This document shows positions 1-13,226 of a stretch of 64,000 bases of DNA, piece by piece. The notes under the pieces were generated by a model. It did not search any database. It had not been told where the DNA came from and saw only the letters and a list, made by a program, of their open reading frames with translations. Made by a program: the position numbers and the translations under genes. Within the stretch, counting starts at the first letter, position 1. Each line of letters opens with the position of its first letter. The stretch lies in the NCBI GenBank assembly GCA_022813965.1, contig JALDZS010000048.1, forward strand, positions 62,001 through 126,000, in the 5' to 3' direction. The DNA is from Toensbergia leucococca. Lineage: Eukaryota.

Positions 1-1443
1 CGGAATAATTCTGCATCATCTCCATAGATCTGAGGATCGCAATGAATCTTTGGCATAAGCATGCGGAGTGATTTACCAGGCTTAATTAAGTACTGGCCTC
101 CGCCGATTAATATGGGATCCTCGGTGTTGTTTGGTGAAGGGTGTAACGATATTGTCGACGCTGTCGGATTCAGTCGAAGAGCCTCCCGTAAACAAGCCTG
201 GATGTAGGGTAATTTTGACATGTGATCTACCGTGATGGGCCCTGTGCCAATGACCATGTCGACCTCCTTCTGAGCTTCCTGGAAAGTTGAAGGATTGGCC
301 ATGAAACGGTAAAATAGGAAAGAGAGTAGCCCGGACGTTGTCTCATGCCCTAAATGAGCAGTAAGTAATAGCAACTAGCATTGTGGTGGGTCAACGGGAT
401 GGTATAGGGTAGCTTGAATCTCAATTACGAGTCTTCTCAAGTACTGTACTTATCTTGAGCGGAATATTGAGGCCAGGTACACCACCGTACATACAAACCG
501 GACCATTAAAACATAAGGTATAAGAATAGCTTACCAGCGATTAAAAAGGTGATCATGTTGTCTGCTATGTTGCCATCTGTCATTTTTTGGCCAGTCTTTG
601 CATCCTTGCCATTCAGCATCGCATTGACCAAATCTTTCTTTTCTGTTGGGTTCGATTTCTTATCTGCAACTATTGCTAGAGCTGTGGACTGCAAGACATC
701 TATGTCCTCGAAGAACTGCTTCTCCGAGGCACGCATCAGACGATTGACTATAGACGGTCTACCTGCCCGTCTACCACTCTCGGTTAAAACTTGTTGCATG
801 GCCTGGACGAAGGGATGGAGATCACTCTGATAGAAAGAATTGAAGCGGGTGTCCATGGCACAGAGAGAGATTGAGTCGAGCGTAAGCCTAGTGAAATCAT
901 CGGTGACGTTGATCTTGCTCTCTTCACCAAACCGCGCCCATTTCATGACCAACTGCGTAGAGATCTCATGCATTTCTAACAAATTCCGTCAACAGACAGT
1001 CTAACCACCCAGGCGGAAGGAATATCCGACCTACCGTCGAACATACTGCGGATTGCCAGCGGGCCGAATGCAGGTGTTAAAACACGATGGGCAATTTCCC
1101 AGGCTGGCTCCCCAGTGTCGGCTGAGAAAAGACCAGAATGTATTGCATGTCTCAGTTCCATCAATCCTCCGGCAACTGCCTTACCAAACCTCTTCTCATC
1201 GCAAAGCTCGTTGTACAGCTCGTAGCTTGACACGATGATCTGGTCGCCGCTCGGTAAGCGCAGCTCATAAATTGGACCTACGACGCATCAGTCTCTTGCT
1301 ATCCAACACGGCTCACGGTGATATCTTCTTATACCGTAGACTTCAGCTAGGTGCATTAGGCTGAGAAGCGAATCTGTAGGGTCCATGTCGAAAGCATTGC
1401 CTAGGAGTGGAAGCCCCGGTGGGCTTGGGATCGGAGTCGTCAT
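1..1443 (-). CDS. Cytochrome P450, CYP505/P450foxy (BM3-like) family, N-terminal heme domain; runs off the window start
   Basis: Spliced reading MTTPIPSPPGLPLLGN..ELCDEKRF..HRVLTPAFGP..DDFTRLTLD..FLIAG|HETTSGLLSF..EALRL (I-helix and ExxR motifs). Introns at about 1334-1278, 1031-977 and 534-350. The fused reductase domain would lie outside the window. Confidence 0.92.
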
Positions 1444-4400
1444 ATTGATTTGCTGAATATTGATCTCTTGCAAATGATGAGGACTTGGATACTATCAGGA
1501 AGTGGGCTTGATATAATATCAGATTCCCGGGATTCCGCTCCAGGCCATATTGACGCGACTGGTGGATAGCGGATGTGTCGGAAGGGCCTCTGCACCTTCA
1601 CTCCGCATGAATCTGTCTTGGTACGCGCTGCACTGTTTCGTTACCGCAGTCCGAGGCTTCATTAAGGTACCTACTCTAGGACGATAATAAATGAGGCACA
1701 CGGACTTTATACATCACTAGGTAATGATGTTGATCACCGGCCTTTCACTTGGCCGAGAAAGAATCCCCGAATCGAAACCCACCATATTCTCAATCCCATG
1801 CAGGGTGCAGCCTACAGTAGCATCGCGTCAAATTGACTCCACACCTGCGAAAGCGATTCGATAAGTCGAGCCACCAGGTGAAAGTTCTAACATTCCTCAA
1901 GATACTCGGCGTGCAGAGCATTGTCTGGTTTTAATTTTGCCAGCTTCATTCTCGAATTACTTCCTTTTCAATGTAGATAGCTGTGCGCAATCAACTGTGC
2001 TATTTCAATTGGAGATTCCTGAGTTCGACGAAATAGAACATCCTGTCACGAGTAGCCTACAGATGTTCGGCTTTGAAAGGCTGACAGTACATTAAAGGAG
2101 ACTGGCTGTGTTTCAACCGGTAACGGTAGTAGAGTATTCCTCGCGACTAATGAAAAACTTGTTGCACTTGTAAGTCCGGTAATACTGGAAAGGCTTTTGC
2201 AAGTCGCTGCAAGCATTTTAGGAATCGCCCCATCTCCCTTTATGGATACACCTTAAAAACGTTAAGACGTGGAGACTACCCAAGCTTAAGAAAAGAGGTC
2301 GAGTCCTGAATTTGGCTAGACTTTTGAAAGACGCTGAAGAAAGCACTATTGACTTATTGAGAGTGACGAGTGTGGTGCGTAGAAGCATGCGGTACAAGGT
2401 AAGAGAAATAAAAAAGGGAAATGGCAACGAGCTGCGAATCTACACCAAGACCCAAGAAAATGAGATAGAGCATGGGAGGAAGTTACATCATCCTGTGCAG
2501 TGATGCCCAAGGACCTAAGACTGCGTTTGGCGAATGAGAGCAAGACGTCAAAATGATGGCGTACAACTGCAAGTTAGCTTTAGTCGAAGATTTGCAAAGT
2601 TCTGATGCCATCGAGGAACTCGCTCCGGAATCTACTCTCAATTGCCCCATTCGCAACTTCAAGTTCGCTTCACCCCAAGCTGTTCGGTGAGCATCACAGA
2701 CGAAAGTCCTACCAGACTATCATATCGCCACTTCGAAACGAGTTCAATGGTAATTGAGTATATTATGCAAGTAGGCTGAGATCTTCGCTACACTCGCTGT
2801 CAGCTCTCATTGCTGAAAACGAGAGAAATTTGCCAAAGGTGGCGCGGCTTTCTGCAGGATGTTATTTGGCGTAGCTATTTGACAGTCCTTTTAATAATAA
2901 ACGGCCCCGTCCGAGAGGTCCAGAATTGAATCATTCTCGAATTCCGAAAAAGAGTAAGAAACGAGTGGACCCTTTCATCCTTCATTACTAGCGTCTGTTG
3001 CTAGGAATCAAGCCTGGGTGGCATATTTACCAATATCAACAAACAATGCAAAAAGGACAGTGCTGGTCAAGGTGCGTATGAAGCTAGCTGATATGGATTT
3101 ACAGCTTATTGAGGTGCATTGAAATGCACTATTTTTGGAAGCGCGGTGAACACCTTGAAAGGCTCGAATCCCATTGTCATAGCATCTTGAGTAATTGGCG
3201 CGTATCTAGAATTGAAAGCGTTTGAGATTTAAGGTGAAATACAGGGAGGAGTCTAGAGCTTCTATGTTAGTGACGCTCATTAGTACAATTTTACCTCAGT
3301 GAGCTGCGAATGAGTAGAGCCTGTATTCACAAGACGTGAACACCCGTGGCTCCAGAATAAGGTCACTTAAGGCATTCACTTGGTCTGAAACCCTGATTTG
3401 AAGAGTCGACATAGATTGAAAAGCGTTCAGAAGTCGCAAATAGTAGATAATGGGGGCAATCATTGATGTATGAAGTCCATACAAATGTCATTCTTCAGGA
3501 TATGAATATACTAGGTAAAGACGGGATTTACATTACCCGTTGACTGATAATGCCTAGAAAGCCTGAAAAGGCCGCATAAATCTGCCTTGGGCGGGAGTTG
3601 TGGAGGAAGAAGTGGCACTTGTGGCCTCTTAGGAATTGTGTAACCCAAGAAATATGGGGTCGTAAAATTGTGATTGGTGGATGGAATGGAATATCATGAT
3701 AGATTAGGGTTCGGTAGGGAGCAAATCCCTTGTGCCGCCATCCCTGTCTGATAAGTCTCGTGATTGAGACGGATGTCTTCCGAACACGGTAAGGGCTTTG
3801 GGGAAGGATGGCCTGCATGTGAACCGTGATGACCATGCTGGTAGTTGATTAAACAGGGTGGGCTAGTTGACGCCGATGACAGATAGCGTCAGATAGACTG
3901 ACGAGTGAGCTTGACGCAGAGGTTGGGTGTAAGTTAGTTCTCTAGCATGGATGCGCTGCTTGGGACGCTAATAAAGTAAGAGGGCGGGGAGGGAAGGGCG
4001 CAGTGGCCAAGGCTGTCGTGGGTTAAGGATTCTAAGGATTTCAAGTGGTGGAGTGGTGGAGTGGTGGCATGAACAACAGGAGTGACAGGTAAGAATAAGG
4101 TAGGGCTTCGATAAGCAGCCCCAAACAGTCATGCGTAGGTAATTAACAATTAACGTGAGCTCTATGAAGTACCTGCCTCTGCCTACTGCAGCACAATGGC
4201 TTATTATTCCTCCTCTGGAATACGGAAGAGTAGCGATAACTGTATGCCCTATGCCCTTGTGGAAAGGAAAGGGTAGAATAAGATACTTCCACTTCCACCA
4301 CTTCCGTAGTTGGATTCAATTACTTCACCTACCTACCTACTCTAGAATACTTCTCTTCTATGGTTAGCGTGGCTTGAACTTGGTCTTCACAGGTGGTGGA

Positions 4401-5467
4401 GAGTCCCCTCTTTGCTGGAATGATAATACAAGTTCGCCCACCTTTTCACATGCCCCTCCTCCACCTCTCAAGTCTCACCTCTCTTTCAACTTGACCATTC
4501 TTTGAGCTTGAGGGTTCAGCTTTAGATTGTTGAAGACAACTTTGTCTTTCGCTAACGTGGACTGGGATCGCCACGATCTTCAAACCGTCAAACACTCTAC
4601 CGGCAGATGCTAGAATACCTAGTCCCTCCGCCTCCCCCTCGCGTTGGTGATCAAATCATTGGCCGCCGCGACCCTTCTTCCATCAGGTACGGGAGTACAC
4701 TTTCTACCGCATGTACTTTGGTACCACTCTCAATCTGATAGCTGACTTTGAACAAAGCGCATAACAATACTTTGTCCTCTTGCGCACAGCTCGAGTCCTT
4801 CTTTATCGAAACGCGGCTCGTTATCGCTAGTAAACTCGACTCGACTTGAACTTTGGAGCGGCTTATCCCTGCTTGCAGAAACACACTGGACCAGGCATCC
4901 TCCCTCCCACCTCCTGCCCCAGATACCCGGTCGCATTTCGTGGCTCAATTGTCCCCAAGCGCTCCTCTATTCACTGTTACCTCTGCGCATCCACCACTCG
5001 TTTGTTGTTGTACCGTTTCGCCTCTGCCGACTATTGTTACAACTAAGATCTTTTCGCCGGCCACGAACTTGCGACAGCAGTCCACGAAATACACCGACAA
5101 GGCTACCCACCTCGAGTGCTGCACCAACCAATCGCGCCCAACTCAGACTCCAAGGTGAGTCTCATTGCGCTCAATCGCATGCAATCAGAGGTCATGGGAC
5201 TGATCGTGTCCAAGAAGCAGACTCGTCCTGGATTGCCTTTCTGGCCTACTGGATGCGAAACCAGTCTTCCTATTTCCACAACTACTTCTATGCTACCTCG
5301 ACGAGATTCAATCAGATAGTGTCTCGATCGCATAAATCTTGTCTACTAGGTCCAGTGCCTGCAGAGCTACTGATCGTCTTATGCCTAAAGGCCCTCGTCG
5401 AGTTATCACGCCCCATTCTTACCAGCTTTGTCGATCTTTTGAACCGAATTATTAGGGTTGAGCTACT

Positions 5468-7147
5468 ATGATGGCCGCTGAAGCTTTCATGCTTTCTAAT
5501 GGGCAAACCCACATGCCGTTTGGAATGTCCTCCTCGCAAGCAATCTCCCCAATGAGCCAAGCCAACCCCTTCGAATCGGGTATGGCGTTATCGAGTTTTC
5601 CCATAGGATCGGAGAGAAACAATGGTCGACCAGACGCCGATTCTGTGTCGGCGATTCTCATGCGCAAGCTGCCTCGTAACACTAGTAATGAAGCGTTGCG
5701 AAGCATGCTACTGTTTGCCAAAGACTTTGTGGGCGCAGATTTCATTCCGACAGATTTTGTGGAGGATAAAGGCTATCTCTCAGCAGTTGCTCGCTTTCGT
5801 ACATCGACTGCTGCTCACGAAGCTATGGCCATGCTTGATGGAAAACCAAATACAGCCAATGAAGCAAGAATGATTGTCGAGGTCTTACATCTTTCGCCTG
5901 GAGGAACTCTAGGGCCTAGACGGAAAACCTTAGAAACTGCCAAAACTCGCGGTGCAACGAGCTCAAGCTCCTCAACTGGATCTTCCAATGGCCAAATAAC
6001 ACGTCAATCATCACGCTTCAACGGTACGTTCCAAGCCATGGACCGCATCTCACCCCCGACTGGCGCAGCTGGACCAACCAACCCTAACATTGGAGCCTCC
6101 AGCGAGATTCCTGTCTCTGATTCCATTTCGTCTTTTCAAACCTTCTATTCTCCTCAGTCCCCGATTGGGCAATCCATAGGAGATCGCCATCGTATCTCGG
6201 GAAAGTCAGTCATCGGAGAGGATGCCATCGATGATGAAACTGGGGAACTCCTCAAAGATCCTGTCGCGTACGCGAAGAATGATTTGTCGGGCTCCATGAG
6301 TCAGATGTCTCGGCGATCTACTAATCCCCAGCTGCCAACCTCTCGATTTGCCGGTCTATCTCTTAGTACCGGTAATGTGACATCCCCTCCAATGCAAGGA
6401 TTCGCATCTCCAAGGAGCGCTGCACCCATGCAAAGCCCTACGTCAGCCCTCTCTCCGTCAGGTATGGGAAGCTTAGGGCCAAATGCCAGCTATCAAATGG
6501 CAAATCAGCATTACCAACGACACAACTATCCCCCAGTCAATCCAGCGGATCAGAATCCTCCGTGTAACACTCTGTATGTAGGCAATCTGCCAATTGATAC
6601 TTCGGAAGATGAACTAAAGGCCATGTTCTCGAAGCAAAGGGGTTACAAGAGATTATGTTTCAGAACCAAACAAAACGGACCCATGTGCTTTGTGGAATTC
6701 GAAGATATCTCTTTCGCCACCAAAGCACTGAACGAGCTTTATGGCCACCCGCTGCATAATAGTGTTAAAGGGGGCATCCGGCTCAGTTTCTCGAAGAATC
6801 CTCTTGGTGTACGTACTGGCCAACCTGGAGGGATGGGTCCACCAACCCCGATGTCGCCACAAGGCCCTATCCCAGGTATCAGTGGCCTGGGGGGCATGCA
6901 GCCTTTCTCTACCGCAAACGGACCACCACCGGGTCTAGCGGCTCCTCCAGGGCTCAGCGCAAGCGTCAGTTCTTTGGGTGCCTTGAGCAGTCCGATCAAC
7001 AGTAATAGTATGATGGGTGGCTACTTTAGCGGAGCCAACGTTGAAATGAGGAGTCCGCCTTTGACAGGGGGCATCTCTACAAATACCTCTAGCAGCCAAT
7101 GGGGGGAAAGAAACGGATCGTTTTCTGACTACATGCTAGGACGCTAA
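5468..7147 (+). CDS. WHI3: Whi3/Scw1-like RNA-binding protein (C-terminal RRM, long S/P/G-rich disordered region)
   Basis: 559-aa single-exon ORF with the Whi3 signature [52 protein letters not shown]. Confidence 0.9.
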   Translation: MMAAEAFMLSNGQTHMPFGMSSSQAISPMSQANPFESGMALSSFPIGSERNNGRPDADSVSAILMRKLPRNTSNEALRSMLLFAKDFVGADFIPTDFVEDKGYLSAVARFRTSTAAHEAMAMLDGKPNTANEARMIVEVLHLSPGGTLGPRRKTLETAKTRGATSSSSSTGSSNGQITRQSSRFNGTFQAMDRISPPTGAAGPTNPNIGASSEIPVSDSISSFQTFYSPQSPIGQSIGDRHRISGKSVIGEDAIDDETGELLKDPVAYAKNDLSGSMSQMSRRSTNPQLPTSRFAGLSLSTGNVTSPPMQGFASPRSAAPMQSPTSALSPSGMGSLGPNASYQMANQHYQRHNYPPVNPADQNPPCNTLYVGNLPIDTSEDELKAMFSKQRGYKRLCFRTKQNGPMCFVEFEDISFATKALNELYGHPLHNSVKGGIRLSFSKNPLGVRTGQPGGMGPPTPMSPQGPIPGISGLGGMQPFSTANGPPPGLAAPPGLSASVSSLGALSSPINSNSMMGGYFSGANVEMRSPPLTGGISTNTSSSQWGERNGSFSDYMLGR

Positions 7148-7662
7148 AGGATCATGCATGACGGTACAATTCTATTTCATGTCGTAATTGTGGCGTGGCG
7201 TTTTTGGCGCTTATCTGGCGTTTTAATCGATCAAGTTCGCTTCCGATCAGCATCTTTTTTTAGAGGGTTTTCGAAAATATCTTGTGTTCACTCGGGGGAT
7301 GGGGTTTGTGCATTCTGGCAAAGGAAAGCGTTGTATTACCAGGGCGGGGCGGAAGCAGCGAACTGGAACCGGGGCTGGCTTTTGCAGGGCATTTCGCGAT
7401 GATTCCCCCTTTGCGTACATTTATGGCGGAGCTCGGAGGGTGGGGGGAGAGACATTCTTTGTCATTTGATCTTTTTTGTTGCACCACCAACCCCCCCCTT
7501 TGTTTTTTTCCCTTTCTTGCTCTAACTTAAGTCTTTTTGTCTAAAATTCATCAAAAAACCTCTTTGGAACAGGAGCTGAGATATCTGGATATTGACTTTT
7601 TGCCGTAATCTCTTTCCTTCTTCTTCTGCTTTTGCATTTATTCGTGCGTCTTAGCTTGTGGA

Positions 7663-7995
7663 TTGGGGAAAGGGGGTGGGGGTGGGGGGGGGGCGAAGGA
7701 ACTCTTATGGAAGCATGCTTTATGTTTACCCACAACATATCTAATCTTGCTCACTCGAGGGAATTGGGTGGGGGGGTGGAATGGGGGGGGGGGGCGGGGG
7801 GCGCTTGAGCATTCCTAGGCGCTACTTGCTTGCTTGCTTACTGCTCTCCATTGAGCAAACATTGTTCACGGCCTCGCGCTAGATATCTTACATAGATGGT
7901 GCCCCCCTACTCTTTCCCGTCCTGTCTTTTCTCTTTTTTTTCATACGAGAGAGAGAGATAGAGGGGAAGAGAGCAGAGGGGGGGGGGCGTTGGGG
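7663..7995 (+). repeat. G-run clusters (G-quadruplex-capable) downstream of WHI3
   Basis: GGGGAAAGGGGGTGGGGGTGGGGGGGGG at about 7665-7693, GGGTGGGGGGGTGGAATGGGGGGGGGGGGCGGGGGG at about 7766-7801, and a further G run at about 7978-7995. Confidence 0.7.
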
Positions 7996-8318
7996 AGTGA
8001 TATCCTTTAATTTAAAATCTGGCTGCCATTGTGGGATTTGAGGCTTTCCGGGATCTTGGGGCCTGAGTGTGTTTTACTTTTGCGGTGTGTGATTTTGATG
8101 TTCATATTAGAATCCCTTTTTTTATATCATGTGGATGAGGGAATGAGGGGATGGAGTGATGCGGTTGGGGTGAGTGCCTGGTTTGAGGACAACTCGCAAA
8201 GTTATGAGGTTCTTTTATGCCGTGCTTTGAAGAGTCACTAAAACACGCATGATAAACGTATAGACATATATATAGCTGATAAATCGGAAATTACCAACAA
8301 ACCCTTCCGCCCACTCAC

Positions 8319-9500
8319 CTACAGCTTCGCCTCTTGCCCCCCAGCAGCCTCGATCCTAAAATTCGTTCTCGGATGATGAACCCTCACCTCTCTACCCCCA
8401 ACCTTTGTCGGACACGCCAACACGACCTCCTGACTTGTCAACCCCACCAACCGTCCCCGATCCCTATGCCTCGCCCCCGAATCAATTGGCCACACCTCCA
8501 CATCTTGCCCCTTCTTCAACCCCAACGGATCACCCTCGTCGACTCGTGCTTCCGACTCGGCAAAGTCGGCTTCAGTGACGTAGGTGATGGCGTCCGGGCT
8601 ACTGAGGGTCGTGGGTTTAGGGGCGGCCGATTTGGCGAGTTTGAGAGCGGTGTTGAAGCGGGCGAGCCAGGAGAAGACTTTAGGGAAGTGGGTTGGGGAG
8701 ATCAGAGTTGGAGGTAGGGCGCCTTTGAGTGTGGTGAGCCAGTCGAAGGGCCAGATGGCTGGGAGGTTCGTTAGTGGGAAAATAATTTGATGAGGCGTAT
8801 TGGAATTAAGGGGGTTAATTTACCTTCAATATCAGCTAGAGAGGGTTTCTCTGTCTTTAGTATCCAATCTCTCCCGTCTGCTAACATTCCTGATTCTAGG
8901 AACTCAAACGCGTCGCGGATGTGCACCAATGCCTCTGGGCGCATTTTCGAAACGTTCGCTTTAGCCCAGCTTCTGCCGGAATAGTCCTCTCGGTCTTTGG
9001 TGAATTTTGGATCGTTCAACAGCGGCATATCCGTGGGAATGAGTTGCCCTGCTCGCACGAAAATTCCTCCGTCGATGGTCCATTTTTCGAGAAGCTTCTC
9101 GACGGCTTTTTGGTCGGATTGAGAAGCACCAAGGGTATTGACTGGAAATCGCTCTTCAAGTTTGCGAAGGATCAGCCGCGAATCGCAGTAGACGTCGCGG
9201 CCGATGGACATGATGGGGATACGGCGATAATTGACCCCTAGAGCTATAAGGTCTTCGCGGGGCAGAGTTATTGGTTGCATCTGACTGGGGTGTTAGGAGG
9301 CTGGAATAGAGAATGATGGTTGAGGATGGAAACTACTCACGCATTGTGCGTAGTCGATGCCTCGGAAGGCAAAATACCAGATTACCTATAAAGCTTGATT
9401 AACAGGGTGGTAACAGTTGTAATGGCCATAAAGTACGGACTCGCTTTGCGTAGGGGGAAAAAGAGTAGTGGAAGAGGATGATATCAGTGGTTGGAGCCAT
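8319..9500 (-). CDS. Glutathione S-transferase-family protein with C-terminal PTS1 (-AKL)
   Basis: 4 exons: MAPTTDIILFHYSFSPYAKR|VIWYFAFRGIDYAQC|MQPITLPR..YRRIPIMSIGRDVYCDSRLI..PSLADIE|AIWPFDW..GGQEAKL*. GST N-domain motifs (SPYA, RRIP, DS). Confidence 0.88.
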
Positions 9501-9824
9501 CACTCATTGTGAAATGGAGATGCAGAGATCGTAATATGATTGTACGAGTGCGTCGTACAACGTAGAACTACAGTCGTCAGTGTCGTCATGTTATTCGGAA
9601 ATGCCTCGGCCTGGAGAAACGCGGGGATGAGATCGACGTTTAGCGCGCGGTCGCCAAGACTGAATTGCAAGCCCTAAGGCTTTACCATTCCTGGAATGGC
9701 GTAATAGATGCCCAGTTTTTATTTACTTTTTCTGTTTCTCATCTCTGCCACGTTTTCCATAGTAATCATTCCTATGTGGCGTCAGTACAATTTTAGACAG
9801 GATGATTAATATAGGTGATTGGCT

Positions 9825-10049
9825 TTACATTTTCTTCCCTCTGTCAGCCTCCGTGGCTGTTCCTTCCAATCGATCTAAAGCCTCTTCTATCAATCCAATA
9901 TGTCCGCGCAAGGTCCCCTCTAGCTCGTCCATGCGGGCCTCATGTTCTTCGAGGTTGTAAACATGGTGGGATCGGAGGTAGAGCGTGCTGGCTGTGATCG
10001 CGGAGACATTGACGCTTAGCATGAATAGTGGATGCCGAAGGAATGACAT
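9825..10049 (-). CDS. Small 74-aa hypothetical protein (basic/hydrophobic N-terminus, short coiled-coil)
   Basis: ATG in good context (GCCATG), intronless. Protein-like composition with a heptad pattern LEEHEARMDELEGTLRGHIGLIEEALDRLE. Confidence 0.6.
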   Translation of the reverse strand: MSFLRHPLFMLSVNVSAITASTLYLRSHHVYNLEEHEARMDELEGTLRGHIGLIEEALDRLEGTATEADRGKKM

Positions 10050-11254
10050 GGCTTAAGTCGACGACTATCACGTTAAGATTGTTGGAGAAGGTGGATATTG
10101 ATGTTCTTTAAATCATTATTGATTGATGATGACATCGAGGCATGAATCGAGGCACTAGAATAGCTAGACGCGCGTACCTTAGGTAGGTACTCTGTGTGCA
10201 GGTGAATTAGCGTCCGATTCGTGATAGTCTAAGCGCCGCTTCATTTGATTTCGATATCGAAATACCTGGAGGCTGACATACTCTTTCTTGATTTTCTCTT
10301 TCATGGATGTTCCTATGCCACAATCTACTGAGATAGGTCTACTCGAGATAAAGTGCTTGGGCCCTTCAACAATATCCGTACCATGCGTGGTAGTCGATAT
10401 ATTTTAGCCCGAATATGGATAAGAAGAAATACGATTAATCCTGCTACTTTCTGACAAGCACTTTTGCGGAAAGGGCGAGAACGGGTGGGAGAATTGAGTA
10501 TGCAATGGATTTGGACGAAAGAGCTTGTTAAGTTGGGCGCTAATGTGAAGAACCTATCCTTGGTATTTGGGATTTCACAGATGTCAGGCTCACTTAATGA
10601 TCTTACAAAGGAAGCGAACTTGATGCTGCATTCAGTCTGCATTGCAATCAGTAGTCTATTCAAATTACGACGGCTTAGCCAAGAATATGCTTCAAAGCTT
10701 CTCGCTGGGAGGATGCCACCGCAATGAGACGGGGATGTGAAAGGAGTTTTTCAGCGACCATAGAGGGCGTTTCTTGTTATTGCGTAACTTGGAAATACTA
10801 AGATGTGATGTTGGTTAGTACTAGATGGCGCTCATTTGATTCGATATCATAACCGCGGAGGAGCAACCCATTGATAGAGAAAATTTACTCAAATGGGAGC
10901 GCCTTCGAGGGAGAGAGCCTGATCGAGCTTTTGCCATGAATTAATCTGGACGTGGGATGAGGTGAGCTCTGGAGACTTTGGCTTCGTCATTCCAATATAG
11001 AACCAGTGGAATGCCTTAAGGCGCGTTCCGACATTGACCGTGTTGCCATCTGTCGTCTTGTTTATCACTTCGAAAATCGCGGATTTCCATCCCATTTTTG
11101 ACATCCCCGGAGCAGATCCTAGCGATCGGCTATGACTCCATAAACATGGACCTCGCGCGATGGAGATCGATGGTCTGAAGACGAAAATCGCCTACATTTT
11201 TGCACGAGCCCAATTCAAGGGTCATGATTCAGCTTCCCCATTCAAAACGGGCGT

Positions 11255-12981
<1,727 letters not shown>

Positions 12982-13226
12982 CTCAAAGTTATGGAATTGG
13001 GAATTGTAAATCGTGGTGATGAAAAGTCAAATGTGGGATTTCATGCCAAGACACTCGGCCAAACATCGGCCCGCCATGGCTAGAATACCTCATTAAGGTG
13101 AGGCTGCACTTAGCGCTAGGTAGCTGTGAGGTACGGAATATGTCAATGTCAGACCAAGGACTACGCTCGTGGCTCGTCGAAGCAGTGAAGTTCAACCCAC
13201 CTTCGCCTGAACCTTGATCGGATTAA

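Noticed and set aside
3135..3180. tRNA T-arm-like GGCTCGAATCCC
   Set aside because: No cloverleaf, acceptor stem or A box.
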